A DNA stretch of 64,000 bases from an uncultured bacterium (GTDB taxonomy: Bacteria > UBA8481), in assembly GCA_964499705.1 (NCBI GenBank), contig CAZCME010000006.1:124001-188000 (forward strand). Direction: 5' to 3'. Shown one piece after another: positions 8,070-20,000 of the stretch. The position numbers were made by a program, and so were the translations under genes. A model generated the notes under the pieces. It did not search any database. It had not been told where the DNA came from and worked only from the letters and a program-made list of their open reading frames with translations. Position 1 is the first letter of the stretch. Every line of letters begins with the position of its first letter.

Positions 8070-11000
8070 ATGAAAAATCGCCGTCTTGGCGCGACCTTTT
8101 TCGGCCTTATCTTCTTAACAATAGCCTTATTCCTGCATTCCGCTCCCGCGCATGCTTCCGGCGACGACCGAACGATATCCTCGATCAGGATCACCCCGGA
8201 CAATGTCTTCGACAACGATACGACAGCGCCCTACAGCGACTCCGCGATCTACATCCGGATCAACATCGCCGGCGCCAATGTTGGCGGCGACGAGGATCCG
8301 GACGGCGAAGGGGGTCAGAGGGTCGAGATCGAGAATTCCGCGACCGGTGAAATCGTCGCCCGGATCATTTCCACGGAGTCCCAGAACGTGGCCGCCGCGC
8401 TCATGTTCTGGGAAGGTCACGGCGACACCCAGCGCGCGAACGCCGATACGCTGCCCTATGGGACGTATGTCATCCGAGCCTACCAATCGATGCGCGACTT
8501 CAATTCCGGCGACATCGTTGACGTGGAATCGGTCGACGGAATCTACATCGACCGCCCCGGCGATATGCATGTCTCGTCCACCGGAATCCTCACGTGGGTC
8601 AATACGGGAACCAATCCCGGAATCGTGCAGGTGGCGTTGAACGATCCCACCCAGGACAATCCCACCTTCATCAAGAGGCTCATCCTGGACACGGCCACGA
8701 CGGGATTGGCCAACAATGACTACGCCTACGGGCTGACGGTCAATTCCCAGGGGTACATCTTTCTCTCCGACAATTACTGCACCAACACGTCGCGGACAAG
8801 AATCATCAAGTACGACACGGCCATTCCCATGACGGAGCTGGTCGATCCGAAAGGCAGGAGCTGGTACGACACGAGCGGCGGTTACATCGACGAGATTTAC
8901 GGGCTGGGGATCTGCGATCAGCCGGGTCCGTGGTTCGACACGATCTACGCCGCAACCGCGTCGGGCATCGCGGGAGGTGGAGACGGCGGCGCCGTCGAAT
9001 GCATCCTGATGCTCCGCGACACCGGCACGAAGGGCTACACCTTCCGCACGTCAAACAACACGGCCGATGACTATTACGATGTCGCGCCGATGGAGACGCA
9101 ACTCCCCAGCCAGAAATCCGATTCGTGCGTCTTCGCGATCGATTATCTGAACAACGAAATCGATTCGTTCCGGTTCACCCCCGCGGCGGACGTCATCTAC
9201 CAGGAACTCGACGCCAATGTTCCAAAAAACATGAAGGGCGGTATCTGGACCTACGGAAACTCCTTCTATTGGACGGCCTACGAGGATCTCGATTCCTTTG
9301 CCAAGCACGGCAAGAACCGGCAATCGCTCTACACGATCACCGACCCCAAGCTTGACGGCGCCGTCAGCATCTGCGTCTGGTATGACAGCACGACGAATGA
9401 CACCTTCGTCATCGTCGGCGCGCAGATCGCCAATGAAATATCCATCTGGAAAGAGGCCGCTGACGGCCTTTCCGCGACGTATGTCCGGAGCATCAGGGAA
9501 GACGATTACCGGCTCTCGGGTCCGACCGGCATCGCCACCGACTCGGCAGGCGCCGTGTATGTCGTCTCCCGTACTTCTCTCAGCGTCAAAAAGTTCGACA
9601 GGGACGGAATATTCGTTCCATTGAGCGGCGCCCCCAACGGCCGCTTCCTCCAAGGACGCGACGCGACGACCGACCTCAGCGACACGGAAGGGTTCCAAAA
9701 TCCCGGAGCCATCTGCATCGACACGGACGGATATATCTACGTCTTCGACCAGGTTTCCGGATTCAGCGGCGCGGCCGTCATCAAGCGCTTTGCGCCGGAC
9801 GGAACGCCGGACGATACGACCTGGTTCAATCTCCGCTACAGCGTTCCCGGCCTGGCTTGGAACGGCGAAATCACCATGGCCATCTTCGCCAACTCGAACA
9901 TCTTCGGCCTGTCGCGGGAGAACGACGGTCGTCTCTTCCGTGTCGGGCTCGGCAAGGACTCGACTTTCAAGAATGCCGTCACGACGCCCGCGATTGACCG
10001 CGATCTCCTTTCGCTCAGCTATGGCCCTTACTTCGACCGGACTCTCCCCAATCGCTTCTTCGCGAGCGCGCTCTATGTGTTCACGGACCAATTCCGGATT
10101 CGCGTGTACACAACCGATATTAATCAAGAGCTGGTCGGCCTTGCGGGAACGAGCGGCGAAATCACGGTGACGCAGGACTACCCTTGGGGCGGTTCACCCA
10201 ACATTCCCCAGCCGTTTCTCGTCGACAATTTCGGCCAGATCTACATGATGCCGGACGACGATAACCTCACCAGTTTCCCGCTCCGGATCTACAACGGAGC
10301 CGATTCTTTCAGTCAATTCGGCGCGAATGCGACATTCGGCTACACCTTCAATGAAGGCAGCGGAATTCTCCAACTGAGCGATCCGCGCCAGGCGGTCTGG
10401 GCCGACAACGCGGGGGTCTACCAATTGAATGGCGCGACGGGTCGATACGAGCAGAGCTTCTGGGTCAACGACAGCACGAACAACAGGCTGAGAAAACTCC
10501 TGCTGGCTTGGAACGACGTCGCGACGACGACGGTGGACATCGCCAAGTCGGAGGACTCCCCGCGCATCTCCTCCGCGACGCTCGAAGAACGAGATTCTTC
10601 GGGCGCGCTGGCGGCCTGCGCGCTGATCGACGGCATCTACTACGTCAACGCGGGCGTCTGCACGATGTCGGTCAACTTCAATCACGTCTGCGCGTACAAG
10701 TACAGCCCGGACACGCCGACCATTCAGATCAAGCCGACGGGCGGAAGCTTCACGAGAATCAACCAGGATTCCATCTTCTGGAATGGCGTCAATTTCCGCT
10801 GCACGTTCGTCGTGACAAGCGCCATGCAGGACGGCGATGTCCAGATCCGAACGGAGGATTTCTACGACACGACGTTCTCCGTCCGATACCAGGATCCGAA
10901 TCCCGACCAGACGGATTACGATCTCTCCGACTTCTTCAAGTCCTTCTACATCGACCAGACCGGGCCTTCCATGACCATGACGACACCGCCTTCGGCAGGC

Positions 11001-14000
11001 GATACGACCGCGCTCTCCACGTACAATGTGGGCGGCACGATCACGAATGAGGTGACCGGTCTCGACGCCAACATCATCTTCAGCAACTACACGGCGCTGA
11101 CGGGCGGCACCGAATTCGATTCCATTTCCACCATCGCGGACGCCTTGGACGGAACGTTTGCCGGCACGCTCGATCTCCAGTCGCCGGCGCCATCCAACAA
11201 CTACATCCAGGTCACCGCCGTCGACGTGCTCGGTAACCGCTCGGTTCTTTCGCCCCGCCGGCTCGTCATTCGCCAGAAGAACGTCGGCAACGCCGGCATC
11301 GCGCCCAACTCCGAGACGATCGTGGCGTCGCCGCGCCGTTATCTCATCACGTATTCTGCCGCTCAGGCGCTCTCCAACGACACGCTCCGGTTCACCATGC
11401 CGTCCGCATGGAGCCAGCCGCAGAAGAACAACGATCTGACCGAAGGTTATGTGACGATCCTCGAAGGGCCGAGCGCGTACACGGACTCCAGCTTCAGCAG
11501 CCAGAGCGTGACGGTGACCGGGGTGACACGGAGCATCGGGGAGAACATCCGGCTGGTGTACGGCGACTCGACGAGCGCGGGGGGCGGAGGCAACCAGACG
11601 GCATTGGCGAAATCGACGACCGACGCGCCGCTCGACGACAATTCCAACACGTTCCTCGTGGAGCTTCAGCAGGTTGGCGAGACGACATTCACGACCGTTT
11701 CGCCCGCATCCGGCCTGACGCTGACGGTGCCGCTGAGGGACTCCTCGGCGGCGATCGCCATCGTGGAAACCGGTCCGCGCGGCAATGCGGTCCTGACCGA
11801 TTCGGTCGTCATCTCCAAAGGCGCGGAGACCAAGGTGATGCAGCTCCGATTTTACAACTCCAACGTCGGCGCTCACGCCAACCGAGTCTCCTCACTGGTC
11901 ATGACGGTTGAATCGGACACAGGCGCGTCCGTCACATGGGTCAACACCGCTTCCCAGCTACGTGTGATCAATACAAACGAAGGCACGACATTCGCCACCG
12001 CGACGACGCTCCCCGCCAGTAACTCACTGACGATCAATCCAAGCGGATTCACGATTGACCAAAGCGCGACGCGGGATATGGAGTTCTGGATCACCATGTC
12101 GCCTTCAGCGACTCCCGATACCGTACGATTCTATTTGTCGTCGCTGTCGGCCATCACGATAGTCGACAGCGCATCGAGCAAGTCGCTGTCCACCGTGGAG
12201 CAGGAGACGAAATTCGTGGGGCTCAGGACGGGAGAATACGATATCATCGGCCTGGCGGCGGCCGATACGCTTTATGTCGGCGCTGACACGGACGCCCTGA
12301 CGCCGACGGACGTCTCCACGCGACAGCAGAACCGCCGGATCATGGACTTCTCGTTCCGTAACGATACGCCGTATGTCGATACGCCCGTCAATTCGATCCG
12401 CGTCGACAAGCTGATCCTGACCGTGCGGGACTCCTACGGAACCGGCATCATCCCCGCCCGAATTCTCAAGGGCATCCGTTTGCAGGACGCGACGACGAGC
12501 ACGTCGTACGGAGGCGTCGACACCCCGTCGATTCCCTACGTCGGCGATACCGTGGCGCTCCAGCTTTCGGGGCTCGTCATCAGTTCGGGCGGAACCGTCA
12601 ACACCAAGCTCCTCGTCGACATCGTCAACGACACGGTTTCACCGGACAGCTTCCGGATCTTCCTCGACAGCCCGGCCACGTCCGCGCAGGACAGCCGGAT
12701 CATCGCGAAAGATCAGATCTCGCAGTTCAGCGTCAAGATCCTCGACGAGCTCGGCGATCCCGACGACTTCAAGTTCCAGACGGCGGGCATAAAGATCATC
12801 CGCCGGGGACGAGTGAACATCGCCTACTGGACGCTCCTGCAGACGGATTCCAGTGTCGTTCCCGGCACGATCGTCGCCGGGTCGCAATTCTTCCTCGCGC
12901 TCCACTGCACCGCGACGCCGACACAGGGGCCGGTTCGCGTCATTCCGTCCGACACGGACATCAAGGTCACGAACCAGGGCAGGAACGTCACGAGCCAATT
13001 CACGTTCGACGCCTTGACGCCGGAATTCACGTTGACCGCGGGCAGCGCGGACACGATCTACTGGGGAGTCGTCCAGAACTTGGGCGACACCACCGGCACG
13101 CTCGTTTTCCAGTTCTCCGACACGGGCGGCGCCGGCTCGACAAGCGCCGACACACGGCCGCGCTTCTTCGACGCGCACGATTATGACGGCGCGGACGCGA
13201 TCCGCGCGGAGTCGTTGAACGAGACACGGACCGTGAGCGTCACGTTCACGTCCCAGTCGCTCGTCACGACGACGCACACGCTCGATACGACCTACGCCAA
13301 CGCCGCCGAGACGGCCGTCCCGATCCTCCACTTCAGCATCAAGAACAACCAGGGTACGGCGCGGCGGCTCGATTCCGTAGTCGTGGAAGCGATCTCTCCC
13401 GATTCCGCGATCAGGCTCGTCCGGCTTTATCACGACGGCAAGACGACCGACACAGGAACGCTCAAGCGATCGGATTCGCCGTACGCCATCGCGGGATTTG
13501 ATACGCTCGTTTCCACGGACACGCTCATGGTAAGCGACAGTTCCGTGATTCTCCGATGCTCCGTGACGATCGGCGCGGGGCGGACGGAATCCTTCTTCAT
13601 CGCCTTCGACTTCGACAATGTGGTGAACGACAACGACACATTCGACGCGCGGATTCCCGCAAGCGGCCTCCGTACGGTTCAGGAAGCCTTCTATCCGACA
13701 AGCCTCGTGAACTCCGCGGGCTCGGGCCGGCTGGAGGTTGTCGCGAACAGGATCACGATCACGCCGGATTCGCAGACCGTGGCCGTCGGTTCCAGCCCGA
13801 ACATCACATTGAAAGCCGTGGACGAGTACGGGAACCTCGACAACGCGATCAACTATGAAACGGGAACTCAAGGGCACAACGTCCAGGTCCAGGTCTCATG
13901 CACGGAAGTGCTCCCGCCCGGCGATTCGAGTTTCTCGATCACGGGCACGAGCGGCATGACAAGCGTGACGCCGACGCCGGCGGCCACGGGAATCTCATCG

Positions 14001-17000
14001 ATCAGCGGCCGGCTGACGAGCGGCCAGGGCCAGGTGACGATCCGCGACACCTCCGCGGAGACGGTCGCGATCACGCTTTCTTCGACACTCATCGACTCGA
14101 CCGCTGCGATCCAGTTCGCCAACCTCATCACCGTATCCGCCGTGAATCTCGCCTCCGCTGATTCCGCCAGTCCCGACTCACGCGCGTTCCAGGTCGCGAA
14201 ATTCCGCGTCGTCAACCAATCCGGCCAGAACGACGTCGTCAAGACAGTTGGCATCCGGTCTCTGAACGCGAACGACGCTCACATCAACGCCGTCATCCTC
14301 TACCGGGACGACAACGGGAATGAAGCGATCGATTCCGGAACTGATCTCACGGTGGCGACCGGGAACTTCACGTCCGGATTCGTCACGTTCGACAATCTCG
14401 ACGCGTTGCCGCTCGATATCTTCGACCAGGACTCCGAGCTCTTCATGGTCGGTTACAACGTCTCGACAACTGTGTCCGACGCCGCCCTTCTCGACGCGCA
14501 GGTCGACACAGTCGTCATCACTTCGTCGAGCGCCAACATCGCATCGACCTTGAACTCTACGCCGAATCGCCGGACGGACGTGAAGGTGATAAAGCTCTCT
14601 CTCTCTCCGACCTCGGGAACAAACGGAACAGGCGTCAGCGTCGTTGCGTCCGTGGCCGCTGTCGACACGTACGGCAACACGGATATCCATTACAACGGCG
14701 GAACGGGAATCATCTGGGATCTGACCGGAAGCGCCTTCTGGCAATCGGCTACTCTAACCGCAGGGTACACGATTGGGCCCGGCGGCGGACTTCCGGACAA
14801 CACGCAGATAAAGGGAACTCTCCAGAGCGGACAGGCGACTCTCACGTTCACAGATAACTCGGCGGAGACGCCGATTCTGACGGTCCAGACCTCCCCCGGC
14901 CTTACCGCGACGCACGATTCGGGAACCTTCGTCTTCCAGCAAGGCTACCTCGGAACCGCAATCGGCGCCGATAACATCACTGTCAATCCCGGCGACACGA
15001 ACATCGTCCTTCTGGCGTTCAATCTCTCCGCCAACGGCGTCTCTGACTCGCCCGCATCCTTCAGCTTCGTATGGGGTTCTTCGGCCGACACGCGCCAGAT
15101 CCGGAACCTCCGGCTCTTCACCGACCTCGACAACGCCGGAGGTTCGACGAGCGACGACACGTTCTCCGCGTCCGCCGACACGCGATATGCCGAGGCCGTC
15201 TCCATTGTCGGAACGACATGCACCTTCGTCGCGGTGTATACGAATGACACGAAGTATCTTGCCAGCGGCGGTAACCGTTCGTACTACCTCGTGGCCGATA
15301 TCGCCGACACCGCAATCGGCGGAGACACGCTCGACATGGAGATTCCGCAGGCTTACATCGCCACTCACACGCAGATCCCGAACGTGCCTCTTGCCGTCCG
15401 GAATTCCGCCGGCAACTGCACCGTCGCCCGTGTGCCGGACACGTTCCGCATCGGGACGATCGCGACGTCGGATCGGCAGGCTTCGGAGGATCAGACGGAG
15501 ATCGTCTCGATGACGCTGCGATTTTCCAGCCCGAGCGCGGCCGACCGGAAGTTCTACGTGGAGACCGTCGCGTTGCAGGTGGAGGGTTTGACCGGCGGGA
15601 AAGTTCCGTCATCCGTCATTCGGCGGGTCAAGTTGCGGAACCAGGGCTCGGGAACGATCTATGCCGACACGACATCGGTGCCGGCGGCCGGCGACTCGAT
15701 CGTCGTGAAGATCCCGTTCGATACGGCCAATCCCCTGGCGATCGGCGGCGCGACTCCGGAAACGGTCGTGATCGACGTCGTCCTGCAGATTGCATCCACC
15801 GTCACGAACAACGACACCTTCCGACTCCGTATCAACGGTTTCGACACGAACAGCTTCCGCGTCTTCGACCATAAGACGAACGTGCTCTCGCCGAAAGATC
15901 AGAAAGGCAACGTCTCCGGCCTCTACGGGGCGGCGGCGCCGATTCTCGGCTCGGTCGTGACCGTCCAAAAGCAGGCGCTCGTGACACAGCAGGCGATCCG
16001 GATCACGGATCCCTCCGGGAACGACATCACGTATCCCACGAGCATCACGCAGGGCGAGCAGTTCAAGGTGGAGCTCGGACTGCGGGCATCGGCGGGCCGC
16101 GCGGACGCGCAGGTGAAGTCGGCGGACACGGACCTGACGTTCTACCGTGCCAATGGCATCACGGACATTACGAACGAATTCACCATCGCGTCGCGCACGC
16201 ATTCGACGCTCACGACGATCACGGCGGGTACCGTCGACACGATCACATACACGGTCGCGCAGGGCGCGCCTTTCTCCGGCGCGAACGAGACGCTCGTCAT
16301 CAATAATTATCTCCTCTCCGATACCGGCCCCTATCTCCAGGATTACAACTCGAACGCGGACGGCGTGAAGCTTCGGATCTACGCCGTGGAGGACGCCGTC
16401 TCGACGGACGCCGTCCGGATCGATTCCACCTACGCCTCCGTCTCCGTCGTGACGCTCGCCGCCAACAACATCGCGCCCGATTCGCAGGGCACGCGCATCT
16501 TCGGATTCAAGATCACGGACGGCGGACCGCGGGACACGATGACGGGGATCCGGGTCCATCTCGCGACACCGTCCTTGGCTCCGATGATCAAATCCGTCTG
16601 GATCGCGATCGACACGAACAAGAACGGGTCCTATGACTCCGTCGCCACCGGCGGCGACACGTATTTCGGAGCCGTCCAGAACTTCCTGACGTCCGACACG
16701 GTCTTCTTCATCGACACGTTCCGGCTGTATGGTTCCGGCGATACCCGCGAGTTCTGGGTCTGCATCAACCTGGAGACCGCGGGCATCACGGATTCCGTTC
16801 AGATCCGTGTGGAGATCCCGATCGACGGCATCGGATTCCGTGGTGCATCCGCGGACCAGGACTCCATTCCGAAGACTCTTCTCACGTCGAGCGTCCTGAT
16901 GAGAACGATCATAGTGGCGACGAGGATCGTGGGTAATCCGGACTCGCAGACCATCGCGGTAGGTGCGGGCGCGACGATCACGATCACGATGGAGGACACG

Positions 17001-20000
17001 TACGGCAACCGCAATATCCGGACGACGAACTACGCGCAAGCCACGACAAGCTGCCTCATACGCGATACGTGGGGACCCATCGCGGGGGGAACGTCGTATG
17101 ACAGTAAATCCGCGCGGTGGACTTCCACAACGCTCACAAGCCAGTCGCCGGCGTCGCTGCCGACCCCGGCGGACAATTACGACACGCTCGTCACCGGCAA
17201 GCCGACCGCGGGTATCGCCACGGTGACCATGACCGATACGGCGACGGAGACCGTCGTGATCGTCTTTTCCGCAACCGGCATATCGGACATGCGCTGCACC
17301 GTGGCTTTCAACGCCGATCCGAATGTCACGGCGGTAACGCTTTCGAATCTGGGGAAAGTCTCGCCGGACTCCACCGATGCCGTGATCCTTCAGATGGACG
17401 TCGCGTATCCATTCACATTGACGACCGTCGACTCGATCTACCTCGTCTCCGAGAATACCTTCGACACTTCGATCAAGCGCCTGCGGCTCTGGGTCGACTC
17501 CAACCAGAACGGGTCCTTCTCCTCGGCGACCGACTCGAACATCGACACGGCGGCGTGGTCCGCCGGCGGCTGCTCCTTCCTCGTCAACAGGAACTGGGTC
17601 AAGCCCGCCACGATCTCCACGCAGAGATTGTTCGTCACCGCGGAGATGGAAACATCTCCGCAAAACGACAACGACTCGATCGGCTGTCGGATCGAGCGCG
17701 GAGGCATCCGACTGAATCCGCCGGCCTTCCCGAACGGCTTCTTCCCGCCGACAGGCGAGCTGGACTCGATCAATACCGATACGCAGAACCAGATCATCGA
17801 CGTGGATGCGACCCAGACGAACGGCCTCCTACAGATCCTCCACCCCGGCCAGCAGAACAAGGATATACCATTCACGTTGTCCATCAGAGCCTGCGACAAG
17901 AACGGCAACGTGGATCGCGTCTTCACGACGCTCGGTTCATCAAGCGCCAAGGATGTCACCTTCAGCGCCTCTCCGGCGGGCTTCACAATCAATTCCACAT
18001 CGATGACGGAAACCGTGCCGCTTCCGGCGTCCACGATGCGCGCGCGATTCCTGCGAGGCTTCGACACGATCACGATCACCCCGTCGCTGGCCGATACGAT
18101 CACGCTGACGGCGGATGTTCATACGCAGTATCCCGCCGACACGACCATCACGATCGTGGTGGTGGCGGGTGGATGGTCGGTCACGGCCATGTCGCTCTCG
18201 GACGGCCAGTTCGTGGCGGCCGATTCGGGACAGGTCGTTTCGCGCGTCGTGTTCAAGAACCTCGACGTTTCCACGGACACGCTCACAAGGATTGACGTCG
18301 CCGACCTCGGCAATCTCATCTGCAACACGGACGTCACGAACGTCGGGCTTTGGGCCGATAAGAACGTGAACAATACCTTCGACACGGGCACGGACACATT
18401 CCTAGGCAACACGACGTTCACCGCGACGGAGACGGCCGTCTTCGACATCGTGCGGCCGATCGGGTCGCTGAAAGCCGAGACCTATTTCATCGTTGTCTCG
18501 ATCGCCGCCGCGCCGGCCGGCTCGGCAGGCGACACGATCAACATCCGCTATGTCACGCAGACCTGCTCCACCGCTCGATTCGGCCGTATCCCGACCGCGG
18601 ATGTCACTCACACCGACAGCGTTTCGTACTCTGTGCCCTCGACCGGCAATCTCTTCGCCTACGCGCGTTCGGTCCCGGATGCCAATGCAACTTCCGGCGC
18701 CGACAATGTCCTGGTGGGCAGTTTCTTCGTCCGGAATACGCGCTCCAATGCCGACTCGATCCAGACAATCGTCGTTAAAAACGACACCGGCGCCCATCCC
18801 GACACGGGGATCCGGGTGAAGATCTTCATCGACGGAGATTCGGACGGCGTGTATGACGGTGTTGGAGTCGATACTCCGTTCGGATCGGCGGGGCTTTTCG
18901 TGAACCGCGTCTTCAGCCGGACGGATTCCGCGCGGATCGGCTTGAGCGGCGATACGGTCGGATTCCTCGTCCTCTTCGATCTTTCCGACACGTTGACCGT
19001 CGACTCGCAATACCTGCGCGTTTACATCGATACCGGCGGTTTCACGGCCTTCGTGACGAACGGATCCTCCGACACGGGCGAATCCGTTCTCCTCCGGTCG
19101 AGCGGCACCGTCAAGACGAACCTCGTCGGAACGGTCTTTCTCGGCGAGTCCGTTCTCGTCTCGGCCGGCAGCGCCGCCGCGACCGACACAGTCTTCGTCT
19201 CCGTCGCGGTCCGAGACACATTCGGTTCACCCCTGACGGGACGAGCCGTGACGTTGTATGCATACGGCTCGACGATCCTGACGACGAATCCCGTCGTCAC
19301 GGACACTCAAGGTTACGCCCAGTACGCGATCACGTCGGCGACCGCCGCGGTCATTTCCTGCACGGTGGCGATCGATACCGGTTCTCCGCCGTCGGCGAAG
19401 CCGGCCGCCACCGGTTACGCGAACTTCATCTCGCTGCTGGCCGTCGGAGACACTCAGTTCACCTCGAACACGCAGCACGCGACGATCACAGGAGTGAATC
19501 GAAAGCACCTGACGGCGCCGTCGTTCGATTCGGCGAATCCGAACAACATGGCGTACGGGTATTACGAGAACAGCAACTATCGGATCTATGGAGGAACATT
19601 CCCCGCGGCACCGGCGGCGATCGTTTCAAGCGCCGGTGTTCCCGGAATCGGGCTCGATGCCCCGGCACCGACCTGGACATCGAATCCGAAAGTCCGATAC
19701 ATCAAGGGCGTCGCTGGCGCCGTTGTGCTCTTCGGAGGCTTCTCCACCGACACCCACTTTGGATCCGAACTGTATTATCGGCAGCTTGACGGCGGCGGCG
19801 TGACGACCCGGATTTCTCCCAACGATACGCGGTCCGGTACATCCAACCTGAATTTCGACACCGACGCCGAATTCGATCAGTTCGATGTCTCCCCGTCCGG
19901 CGAGACGATCGTCTGCTCCTATACGGGACAACTCGCGTGGTGGCGCGCGGTTGGAAGCGCCTTCAATCCCGGAGCCGACTCCAGGACGTTCCAGTTCGTC

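Noticed and set aside
8041-8073. 10-codon uORF (MRQPRRAGGR) whose stop overlaps the giant gene ATG
   Set aside because: It is plausible by chance, and the main gene has its own purine-rich SD-like sequence.
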